From positions 1 to 24,506 of the IMG/VR virus record IMGVR_UViG_3300008255_000459: a stretch of DNA of 24,506 nt, one strand, 5' to 3'. Positions 9,264 through 16,316 of the stretch are shown here, piece after piece. Both the position numbers and the translations under genes were made by a program. This stretch comes from a virus (taxonomy: Duplodnaviria > Caudoviricetes). Within the stretch, counting starts at the first letter, position 1; the number at the start of each line of letters is the position of its first letter. Below the pieces are notes generated by a model that had not been told where the DNA came from, did not search any database, and saw only the letters and a list, made by a program, of their open reading frames with translations.

Positions 9264-9380
9264 TCACTTGAGTTGTTTGAAGTCTTTAGCACTGGACGTC
9301 ACTTGCTGGTTGAGGGACACGGTCTTGCCGAGCGCAATCATTTTCTTGATGCGTTCCAGAACCTTGTTTTCTACTGTCAT
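9264..9380 (-). pseudogene. 38-aa internally deleted DUF2786-like gene
   Basis: Not in the ORF track. GGAG RBS; MTVENKVLERIKKMIALG joined to KTVSLNQQVTSSAKDFKQLK*, resembling the first and last residues of DUF2786-family proteins as I recall them. Confidence 0.6.
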
Positions 9381-9390
9381 GTTAATCTCC

Positions 9391-9417
9391 AATAAAGCAG
9401 CGCCCTGAGGCGCCGCT
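9391..9417 (-). terminator. Possible weak intrinsic terminator
   Basis: Minus strand AGCGGCGCC-TCAG-GGCGCTGCT (9 bp, one G-U pair) followed by TTATT. Confidence 0.35.
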
Positions 9418-9425
9418 GTGGTTAA

Positions 9426-9665
9426 TTATGCAACTACACAGAAGTGAAAGTGAGCGCCAACTGAACAAGCACGCTCACCAATGAACACCGGAAAGAAGCG
9501 ACCCTCTGGTGTCGTCTGAAGGATGTAAGTCAGGTTTCCAAACTGTTCAGCATCTGCTGGAAACACCTTGAGGACAGCCTTGACCGCATTCTCAGCGGTT
9601 GCATAAGTGCGGTTCGGTGTGAGGGCAATAAGGCGGGGACCTGTGGCGCGAGTGATGGTTGTCAT
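9426..9665 (-). CDS. Hypothetical protein
   Basis: ATG 9665 with GGAG RBS, downstream of a promoter; RTYATAENAVKAV and GRFFPVFIG segments. Confidence 0.75.
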   Translation of the reverse strand: MTTITRATGPRLIALTPNRTYATAENAVKAVLKVFPADAEQFGNLTYILQTTPEGRFFPVFIGERACSVGAHFHFCVVA

Positions 9666-9693
9666 TTCGTTCTCCATTGCGTTGTTGAGCCAA

Positions 9694-9723
9694 ATTATAG
9701 GATGGATCTAAAACGCGACGCAA
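9694..9723 (-). promoter_or_regulatory. Sigma70-like promoter
   Basis: TTGCGT-N18-TATAAT with an AT-rich upstream tract. Confidence 0.65.
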
Positions 9724-9782
9724 TAGGGAACGCAAATTTATTTTCACTCTTTGGATTGGATCATTTGTCTGGTGAGCATCAT

Positions 9783-10287
9783 GGGGGATGCAGATGTCCA
9801 TCCACGTCTGCGGCAGGTCGGGCACCAGGCAGCCAATACCGACTTGCCGTCCCAAGCCTACCAGCTTGCAGATGAACGCACCGTAGATCGCTGCATCCTC
9901 GCCTTTCAGCTTGGCATCGCACAAACGGCGGAGCTTGTCCATCTCCACGGTGCGAGTGTCGCGAGCTTGCGTCACCGGCCCATAGGTAAGCGAATGGAAC
10001 GTGCGAGCATTGACGCCACGAGCTTTCAGTTCTTCTGAGATGGACTTGTTGAACGCCAGAAAGATGCTGGTGCCCCGCACCCGCTTCAGCGCCTCAACGA
10101 TGGTCGTCGTCTTACCGGAACCAGCAACAGCCTCGACGATCGCATTGCCCTGACCGTGCTCAACGAAGTCGAAGATGTTCTGTTGCAGATGGCTCCACTT
10201 GCGGGAGGTGTCGCGAGGCTGGTCCTCGATGTCGGTGGGCGGGTTGTAAGGCTTGACAGTGCGGGCGTCGAATGCGAGCTGGACCAT
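9783..10287 (-). pseudogene. Truncated UvrD/SF1 helicase (5' part only)
   Basis: ATG 10287 with GGAG RBS; Walker A EAVAGSGKTT, motif Ia FLAFNK, motif Ib RTFHSL; no Walker B or later motifs. The frame then runs through a promoter and into the next gene, stopping at 9592. Confidence 0.8.
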
Positions 10288-10320
10288 GATGTTCTCCGTT
10301 GAAGGTGTGGAAGTGAGTGC

Positions 10321-10349
10321 AGTATAGGCGAACATCTAATGTGATGCAA
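10321..10349 (-). promoter_or_regulatory. Sigma70-like promoter for the helicase gene
   Basis: TTGCAT-N17-TATACT. Confidence 0.65.
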
Positions 10350-10352
10350 GCT

Positions 10353-10583
10353 CTATTCACGGGAGTTCATCATCTGTCGCGTGAGCATGAGGGTCGTCGC
10401 TGAGTTGTCCAGCATTGCGTCGAGAATCGCGTGGAGCTCGAAACGGAGCTTGTCCGCTTCTTGCCCATTGTTCTCCAGGCAGGCGGCGTCGAACATACGC
10501 TTGACGCCTTCCCAGCGATGCCCAACGACAGCGCCTTCCACGACCTGCTTCTGAAGGGCTTGCTGGATGTCGGCGCGTTTCAC
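10353..10583 (-). CDS. Hypothetical helical protein (76 aa)
   Basis: Start placed at the GTG overlapping the resolvase stop (GTGA), with GAGG upstream. Confidence 0.7.
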   Translation of the reverse strand: MKRADIQQALQKQVVEGAVVGHRWEGVKRMFDAACLENNGQEADKLRFELHAILDAMLDNSATTLMLTRQMMNSRE

Positions 10584-11041
10584 GTCCGCACCTCGTGGCC
10601 TGCTTGCAGCTTGCATGCGACCCACGAATCGAACCAGCTCAAGAAGGTGTCCCAATCGAACTCAGCTCTAGCCTGTACCTGCTTCTGATCCGGGAGTGAT
10701 AACCACACCAGCGTCACACAGCGCCACTTCTTACCGTTCTGGCGATACAGGAGCACGGGATGCTCGTTGTTCCGCACCGCTGCGGCTGTGCATTGCTGCC
10801 ACCATGTATTGACGGACAGTTGCTCCTGACGCTTCACCTCGATGGACAGGCCGAAGGTGTTGCTCAAGTCGTTCCCGCCGACTGCGGACTGGTTCTGGTT
10901 TCGTTGTATGCAGTTGGCCGCGGCTGCTACCTGCTCAGCTGGGAAGCCCAGGCGCTGCATGACACGCTGGGCGATGGGGTTCAGCGCCTTATAGACCTCG
11001 CGCTCACCCTCTGCGCCCTTTGCTCGGATGTTAATTCCCAT
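10580..11041 (-). CDS. Holliday junction resolvase (Hjc-like PD-(D/E)xK nuclease)
   Basis: RAKGAEGEREV...GGNDL...SIEVKRQE...WWQQ...PVLLYR. Confidence 0.8.
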   Translation of the reverse strand: MGINIRAKGAEGEREVYKALNPIAQRVMQRLGFPAEQVAAAANCIQRNQNQSAVGGNDLSNTFGLSIEVKRQEQLSVNTWWQQCTAAAVRNNEHPVLLYRQNGKKWRCVTLVWLSLPDQKQVQARAEFDWDTFLSWFDSWVACKLQAGHEVRT

Positions 11042-11549
11042 GACGTTTCTCCCAATAAGCCTTCATTGATGCGCTCCTTTTAGCACGTTGTTCATCTGTT
11101 TGCTTCTTTCCGAGCTTAGCTTGAGCCTGCTTCGCTCTAGTTGCATCGGATACGATCTTGCCCTTATGTCTGGCGCTATGTTCTGCACGAGCTTCCGGCG
11201 TGGAATTGATCTGCCTTAGCTTCTCGCGTGTTTCAGGTGACTGAATTCGTCCAAGAGGGCTGCCGGCCGTGGGCGTCATATTGTAGCCCTTTCGGTAAGC
11301 CTGATGGAAGTCCATCCAGAACTGTTCTCGATTAAGTAAATCCGCCTTGTCCTCCACCAGCTCAACGACAGCAAACTCGAACGCCTGCTCACCATGCTTG
11401 TTCCAGGCGTTCTGGAGCTTCAGATTGCAGTGCTTGGCATGGTTCAGGCTGTATCGGTGATCGCGCCAGCGCTTCATATAATCGACAGCGCTGCCAATGT
11501 AGATCTTTCCTGACTCCACGTGAGTGATCGAGTATATCGCGGACTTCAA
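11031..11549 (-). CDS. GIY-YIG homing endonuclease with NUMOD3 tail
   Basis: AIYSITH...IYIGSA...KRW..H...LQNAWNKHG...REQFW...GYN; SPETREKL and VSDATRAK repeats; TTG start 7 nt after GAGGA. Confidence 0.9.
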   Translation of the reverse strand: MKSAIYSITHVESGKIYIGSAVDYMKRWRDHRYSLNHAKHCNLKLQNAWNKHGEQAFEFAVVELVEDKADLLNREQFWMDFHQAYRKGYNMTPTAGSPLGRIQSPETREKLRQINSTPEARAEHSARHKGKIVSDATRAKQAQAKLGKKQTDEQRAKRSASMKAYWEKRHGN

Positions 11550-11579
11550 AACTGGTTCCTCATGTTGAACTGGCACAAG

Positions 11580-11617
11580 TTAAACGGGGCTCACCCGCAA
11601 TGCAAGATAAGCCCCGT
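11580..11617 (-). terminator. Stem-loop after the nrdJ remnant
   Basis: 8-bp perfect arms acggggct/agccccgt with G-U extended inner pairing on the minus strand; short T tract. Confidence 0.35.
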
Positions 11618-11623
11618 AAGATG

Positions 11624-11791
11624 TCAAGGAAGTTCGCAAGCCCCGGACGTACATGCCAGCGTCTGCATCGCCACCGTGTTGTCCGTCTTCTCGAACTCCG
11701 CCAGCTCACGCCAGTCGATGTCGGGAACAGGGTGCTCAGCTACCCATTGCGCGAACTCTTCCGGCGTCATGTCCTGATAAGGCGCCTGCTG
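11624..11791 (-). pseudogene. nrdJ: C-terminal 55-codon remnant of class II ribonucleotide reductase
   Basis: Not in the ORF track. QQAPYQDMTPEEFAQWVAEHPVPDIDWRELAEFEKTDNTVAMQTLACTSGACELP*, with the QAPY motif and the C-terminal CxxxxC redox tail. Confidence 0.85.
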
Positions 11792-12112
11792 TCACAAACG
11801 CGGACGGCGCCCCTGCCCGTAGGCTTCCGCCATGCGATCAATGAAGCGCATAATGCGAGGGCGGTTCAGTATCCACCAGATCCTCCAGTTTGTCTTGAAG
11901 CGCAGCCAGTTGAAGTTGAACAGGCGCCGGAGCAGGTATGAGCGCAGCACGCTGAGCACCGTCATCCAGAAGGTGATAATGAAGTTGTTCTCCCACGTCA
12001 TCGGAATGCCGTAGAGCTTGCAGATGCCAGCAGTTGCGAACATAGCGACGAGCAGACCGATGGCGGTATTGACCACAGCTTCCGCCAGGCTGCCCAGTTT
12101 GGATTGACTCAT
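11792..12112 (-). CDS. Small phage membrane protein (MSQSKLGS..EA..N..IG type)
   Basis: ATG 12112 with AAGGTG RBS; two TM segments and SVLRSYLLRRLFN. Confidence 0.75.
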   Translation of the reverse strand: MSQSKLGSLAEAVVNTAIGLLVAMFATAGICKLYGIPMTWENNFIITFWMTVLSVLRSYLLRRLFNFNWLRFKTNWRIWWILNRPRIMRFIDRMAEAYGQGRRPRL

Positions 12113-12116
12113 GTTA

Positions 12117-12611
12117 TCACCTTTGTGCAGATTTCGGTAAGAGTTTGCGACCCAAGACATAGTCCGGGCGGCGTTGAGGTTGCGGGCATACTGCAAGAAT
12201 TCTCCACCCGTTGGATAGAGCTTCCTGAAGTTCGTCTGTGCAACAGTCTTCCTTGAGCATTGTCTCGTCGATGTTCATAAGGTTCGGACCAGGCTGTTCC
12301 TGTTGGCACTTCTCATTGAACATCTTACCCAAGGCATCCACGCTGCTAGAAACAGCGGACTGAATAATAGCACCGATATCCACTTCGGACTTGACATCGT
12401 AAATGAGCTTGACGTGCTCCTTGGGGCTCCCGTATGTTCCACAATAGCCTGCGTTGAACAGTTCAATGGCCTGCTCTGCATTGCAGACGGCAACACCTAA
12501 GTTCTCAGATTCCTCAACGCCTATTTGACTCAGCATGTCTAGTTGAGCCGAGCGCTTTGCGTCTCTGTCGTCCCCGTAGAGGTATTCGGGTTTCACAGAA
12601 TAGAGCTTCAT
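12117..12611 (-). CDS. Hypothetical phage protein
   Basis: 164 aa; DCCTDELQ...GWRILAVCPQPQRRPDYVLGR; ATGA-coupled to denV. Confidence 0.75.
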   Translation of the reverse strand: MKLYSVKPEYLYGDDRDAKRSAQLDMLSQIGVEESENLGVAVCNAEQAIELFNAGYCGTYGSPKEHVKLIYDVKSEVDIGAIIQSAVSSSVDALGKMFNEKCQQEQPGPNLMNIDETMLKEDCCTDELQEALSNGWRILAVCPQPQRRPDYVLGRKLLPKSAQR

Positions 12612-13096
12612 TTGATTGGTTTCCCTTCGTATCGATACCAGTGAGGTTTCAGAGCGATCTTCTCCGCGATGCGTGTTCGAATGATGACAAGCGCTTCGGG
12701 TGTCGGATCGTAATCGTTGTTGAAGTTGTGATCGAGGGCATCGAACACGCCGTCAGGGTCGAGCAAGCTGTCACGGTTGAAGTTGATACCGCGCCGCTCC
12801 AGCTCCGCCCTCAGCACTGCATACCGCCTTCGCAGATATTCACCCTTGTCGTAGAAGAAGCTCACGTGACCCGTGTTGAGCGTGTAGGCCTTCGGAATGC
12901 GCTGCTGAACGTGTGTCCGTGCGTAGTTATCAGCGTTCTTCGGTTCCCCGTTGTAGCCGTAAAGACGAACGTAACGGTCCCGACCAGCTTTCAAACTCCG
13001 CGCCAACGACTTGGGCACCATCTTGATTTCGCGGAACTCTGCGAACAGGTGCTGATCCATCAGTTCTTCGGGTGGAACAAGGTTGATCCGGGTCAT
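12608..13096 (-). CDS. denV: Pyrimidine dimer DNA glycosylase (T4 endonuclease V family)
   Basis: MTRINL start (catalytic Thr2), DQHLFAEFREI, YTLNTGHVSFFYDK, KPHWYRY. Confidence 0.95.
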   Translation of the reverse strand: MTRINLVPPEELMDQHLFAEFREIKMVPKSLARSLKAGRDRYVRLYGYNGEPKNADNYARTHVQQRIPKAYTLNTGHVSFFYDKGEYLRRRYAVLRAELERRGINFNRDSLLDPDGVFDALDHNFNNDYDPTPEALVIIRTRIAEKIALKPHWYRYEGKPIK

Positions 13097-13269
13097 TTGG
13101 ATGCCTCGTCTTCTAGTGCGGACACCAGCCCGTCGAAGTCTTCGTTAGGGCCCAGCAGGTCAGCAAGCGGGCGAACCACTTGCTCCAGGTCAAGGCCGTA
13201 GTCCTCTGCCATGCAAGATAGATAATCTTCACGGTCGTTGTAACCGTTCTCTCGATATACGTTGCTCAT
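13093..13269 (-). CDS. Small acidic phage protein, read as fused to the upstream kinase
   Basis: MSNVYRENGYNDREDYL...LADLLGPNEDFDGLVSALED; its ATG overlaps a TGA in another frame (ATGA), as expected for a separate coupled gene. Confidence 0.65.
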   Translation of the reverse strand: MSNVYRENGYNDREDYLSCMAEDYGLDLEQVVRPLADLLGPNEDFDGLVSALEDEASK

Positions 13270-13695
13270 CGCCAATCCACTTTCTTCAATCGTGTTGAGG
13301 GGGTTCGAAATCGTCAGTGCATAGTCCAGGCACACCAGCCGCCCGTCAAGCATGCCGAAGTTCTCAGGCTTCAGATCGCTCAGGAAGGCAGGCACTTGTT
13401 CTGGAAGCACCGACCGCTCTATTATGGGCGAAGCTCTGCGCTGTAGCAAGATGCGTCCGTCGGGTGATAGGTATTCGCACGGAGCGAGCCAGTCCGCCAC
13501 CTTCTTGTAATGCTCGTGATCGTTCCAGAACCGCATCTCGAGCACGTTGGCGAAGTAGCGCCAGTCGGTTTCCGCCTCCACCTTCACGACTAGATCGTCG
13601 CGTAGGCGGCATTCGAAGATCTTCCGATGGATACCCTCACCGAGCAGCTTGCCACAGAGCAGGTTGAAGGCGTCTTCGTATGTCGCGCCGTTCAT
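13266..13695 (-). CDS. Minimal protein-kinase-like protein (frameshift near the 3' end)
   Basis: LGEGIHRKIF Gly loop, VVKV, helix-C Glu (NVLE), SDLKPENFG catalytic loop, LDYA in place of DFG. Confidence 0.75.
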
Positions 13696-14267
13696 GGTTG
13701 CAAGCTGTCGCGTGATGAGTTGATGTCAATTCCGTCACGTTGCAGAATCAAGCGCCTGTAGAGTGCAGGGTTGGCGCGCTCCAGGTAGCGTTCGGCTTCC
13801 TTGTGGGCTTGCCCGTCCTCACCCAGCAACACATCGAACAGACGGTCCTGGGCGTGTTGCAGGTCGCCCACGCTGTTCTTGGCTGCCTGCACATAGTTGG
13901 CCGCGTCCAGGAGCTCTTCGAGTAAGTGCTGGAGCCAATGCGACAGGTTCAGGTCTGTGCGCTCGGTTGTGACACCATACTTCTTGAGACCGACGACACT
14001 GCGATCAAGCAGGAGCTGACGGTTCTTTTCGACGTTAGCATCGGGTGAAGCGGTGACCACAGTAACGCCCTTCAGCAGCTCTTCGAGCTTGGTAGCAGTC
14101 ACGACGGAGATGTCGTCACTGACAATGGCGTCTCGGATGTATTCGATCAGCGATTGCACCGCTGCAGACTGGACGCCCACCTTGACGGTGAGTTGTCCGA
14201 CTTGTTTCTGGCAAGCGCCTGAGCACTCACCTTCGGGCGCATTGCACCCGGAATCATGTTGGCACAT
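13692..14267 (-). CDS. Mosaic protein with an all-alpha NTP-pyrophosphatase (MazG-like) segment
   Basis: ATG 14267 with GGAG RBS; GLKKYGVT..RTDL...WLQHLLEELLDAANY carries an EExxD motif; Cys-rich N-terminus. Confidence 0.6.
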   Translation of the reverse strand: MCQHDSGCNAPEGECSGACQKQVGQLTVKVGVQSAAVQSLIEYIRDAIVSDDISVVTATKLEELLKGVTVVTASPDANVEKNRQLLLDRSVVGLKKYGVTTERTDLNLSHWLQHLLEELLDAANYVQAAKNSVGDLQHAQDRLFDVLLGEDGQAHKEAERYLERANPALYRRLILQRDGIDINSSRDSLQP

Positions 14268-14297
14268 AGGATGCTCCATTGAAGTCAAGAGGAAGCG

Positions 14298-14575
14298 CAG
14301 CCCAGGCACCAGTCCCAGGCCGCGCACCATTATTCGCAGACGTGTGGGCGCCTGCCCGCTTGCACATGCCCACACACGCACTCGCGGAGGTTGCTTCGGG
14401 CGATGTCCTTGCGAGCAAGCTCCATATCCGGAGCGCCACCGACCTAAGCTGATTGAGTTTAAGCTCGTTTCTGTTGCGCCCGGTGGATTATGTGGTCTCC
14501 TACCCCGCCGGAAGGGGAGTCCCAGGCCTCGAACAACGTGACGGGGTCCGCTGCTCTGCGCCATGGGCTGTGTTG
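14298..14575 (-). ncRNA. Candidate structured RNA or long leader
   Basis: Promoter immediately upstream, complementary 5' and 3' ends, internal hairpins, 11-nt direct repeat, no credible ORF. Confidence 0.4.
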
Positions 14576-14581
14576 CTGCAT

Positions 14582-14611
14582 ACTATAAACGCACAGCGAA
14601 TCGGAGCACAA
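14582..14611 (-). promoter_or_regulatory. Sigma70-like promoter
   Basis: TTGTGC-N18-TATAGT. Confidence 0.45.
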
Positions 14612-14642
14612 TAGGGCGTTTATGATATTCTGCGGATGGTGA

Positions 14643-14945
14643 TCAACCGATCCAGTATGTGGGGCGCTTGCTGTCTGCGAACGAAGTCTCTTCGATGCGA
14701 ATGCGACCGCCACGCTCTTGCAGGGTAGGCGACAGCATATCGCTCACCAATCGCAGAGCCTCTTTTCTGCTGATGTTCAGGTAAGAACACAGGGCATCCG
14801 GAAAGATCCTGTCAGGCTTGCCTTCAATCGGTGCATCCAGGCGCACTCGCAGGCAGAACTTACCCGAATTGGTGCGGTCTGCTTTCTTCACGAAAGCAAT
14901 TGCTTCTTCCTTGGTAAAGAGATGTTCAATAACTGTGCGTTCCAT
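14643..14945 (-). CDS. Hypothetical protein (first gene of the leftward arm)
   Basis: ATG 14945 with AGGAG RBS just downstream of a promoter; 100 aa. Confidence 0.75.
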   Translation of the reverse strand: MERTVIEHLFTKEEAIAFVKKADRTNSGKFCLRVRLDAPIEGKPDRIFPDALCSYLNISRKEALRLVSDMLSPTLQERGGRIRIEETSFADSKRPTYWIG

Positions 14946-14973
14946 GTTAGCTCCTAGATGACCACATGACGCA

Positions 14974-15002
14974 AGTGTAGGCGAGATTCTCGGCCTTTGC
15001 AA
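14974..15002 (-). promoter_or_regulatory. Leftward sigma70-like promoter
   Basis: TTGCAA-N17-TACACT. Confidence 0.65.
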
Positions 15003-15128
15003 GCGATTTTGCGACGCTTCGGAACTCTTTAACATGTAACGCACGACCGAACGCCTTACAGGCCGCATTCGTTCATGTTTGCTTGCTTCAGTTCGTTGAT
15101 TCTGCGCGCGGGCGCATAATGCAAGGAA

Positions 15129-15216
15129 TACTCTATACCATATAACAAATAAACATAATAATACAATATAGAGTAGGCTTACTAAGGGGAGGAGGCCTCC
15201 AGCCCCCGACGTAAGC
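15129..15216. other. AT-rich double stem-loop; candidate replication origin or packaging site
   Basis: 9-bp inverted repeat around a 29-nt G-free AT-rich loop, next to a nested inverted repeat centred on the GGAGGCCTCC palindrome, at the strand switch. Confidence 0.4.
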
Positions 15217-15271
15217 ACACTACCGAGTCGCATGGTTTCGTTAATGCAAAGCTAAGCCAACCGCTTTACTC

Positions 15272-15300
15272 TTGCAATGCCAATGCCCCTGCCTTACATT
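15272..15300 (+). promoter_or_regulatory. Rightward sigma70-like promoter
   Basis: TTGCAA-N17-TACATT. Confidence 0.65.
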
Positions 15301-15332
15301 ATGCAGGTCATTTCATTCATAGGAGCACTATC

Positions 15333-15986
15333 ATGGCCCAGATTAACTTCGATGCAACTGCTTATCCGCAGCAAAGCACCTTCCGTGATCCGTTGGACTA
15401 CTTCAAACAGATTGACGACAACAATCCTCAGGAGGAACTCGTTCTGCAATACCTGCACGCATTGCATGCGCAAGCATGCCAGCAGGGTCTGAACGTCATA
15501 CCCGTCGAACGGTTCTATAACGAGCGTTCTCTTCAAACTTGGCGCGCTGCATGGGAAGAGCGCCCGACGGAGATGCGCCTGCCTACGCAAGTGGATCAAC
15601 TCCACATTAAGTTCATTCTATATAACGCGCTCACGCCCTACCATTGCAAAGAAACGGAAAAAGACATCGTGACGATGATTGACCGTGTGAATCGCGCTCA
15701 CAAACTCATGTCTGCGTGGTTATATGAGAACCGCAATCTCGAAACGCCTGCAGCACGTCGCGCACGCCAGAACCGTGAGGCTCAGAAGCGTTTTCGCGCA
15801 CGTCAGAATGACGACGACCAAAGTCCAGAAGCATGTCAGGCTCGCTCTATTAAGCAGGCCTATGACGATTACCTGAGCGCATGCAGGCAGCGCAAGGAAG
15901 CCATGGAGCAATGGTCCGCCTATGTTGATTCAAAGAAGAAAGTCTGGGAGCAGCTCAAGCAGCAACCTCTGCCGCCCGCTCAATAA
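15333..15986 (+). CDS. Hypothetical protein with SSB-like N-terminal peptide and bZIP-like basic region
   Basis: AGGAG RBS; MAQINFDAT start; RRARQNREAQKRFRAR. Confidence 0.85.
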   Translation: MAQINFDATAYPQQSTFRDPLDYFKQIDDNNPQEELVLQYLHALHAQACQQGLNVIPVERFYNERSLQTWRAAWEERPTEMRLPTQVDQLHIKFILYNALTPYHCKETEKDIVTMIDRVNRAHKLMSAWLYENRNLETPAARRARQNREAQKRFRARQNDDDQSPEACQARSIKQAYDDYLSACRQRKEAMEQWSAYVDSKKKVWEQLKQQPLPPAQ

Positions 15987-15993
15987 ACATGTG

Positions 15994-16022
15994 TTGCGAT
16001 AGCTGCGCGAACGCGCTAAACT
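15994..16022 (+). promoter_or_regulatory. Sigma70-like promoter for the HTH and prim-pol genes
   Basis: TTGCGA-N17-TAAACT. Confidence 0.55.
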
Positions 16023-16073
16023 GCGCAGCCAATAGGGTGTCGCTTTCGCGCTCCAACTTCCCGGAGTTTGATA

Positions 16074-16316
16074 ATGGAACAAGTCGTAAAGACTGCTCAG
16101 CAGGAGTTTGACGAAATTTATATCACGTCAAGTGAAATCGGTCAGGAGCTCGGTGTGTGCCGGGCTACCTTAGTCAATGCGCGCCGTCGGGGCCTGCTGC
16201 CCGATCCCGTTGTCGTTAATGGCGCGCAGATCTTTGTCTGGAAACGCGATGTCGTTCGCCCATACCTTGACGCCTGGAAGCTCATGATCCAAGCGCGGAG
16301 GGGCGAGCTGGTATGA
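16074..16316 (+). CDS. Small AlpA/excisionase-like winged-HTH protein
   Basis: YITSSEIGQELGVCRATL...RGLLPDPV...VWKRDVV; GGAG RBS. Confidence 0.7.
   Translation: MEQVVKTAQQEFDEIYITSSEIGQELGVCRATLVNARRRGLLPDPVVVNGAQIFVWKRDVVRPYLDAWKLMIQARRGELV

Noticed and set aside
11792-11794. Genome-wide TGA recoding suggested by the in-frame nrdJ tail
   Set aside because: Many intact genes end at TGA with ATGA/GTGA overlaps, and Trp is encoded by TGG.
14505-14545. tRNA suggested by GTTCGA on the minus strand
   Set aside because: No T-stem, cloverleaf or CCA end could be built.
14268-14564. 99-codon N-terminal extension of ORF 13692-14564
   Set aside because: No RBS at 14564, Arg/Gly/Pro-rich non-protein-like composition, and a good RBS at 14267.
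14946-15233. Hydrophobic N-terminal extension of ORF 14643-15233
   Set aside because: It crosses a promoter and the AT-rich element; the hydrophobicity comes from the T-rich strand; the real RBS is before 14945.
16074-16316. Excisionase implying a prophage
   Set aside because: No integrase, repressor, att site or host gene in the window; lifestyle cannot be determined.
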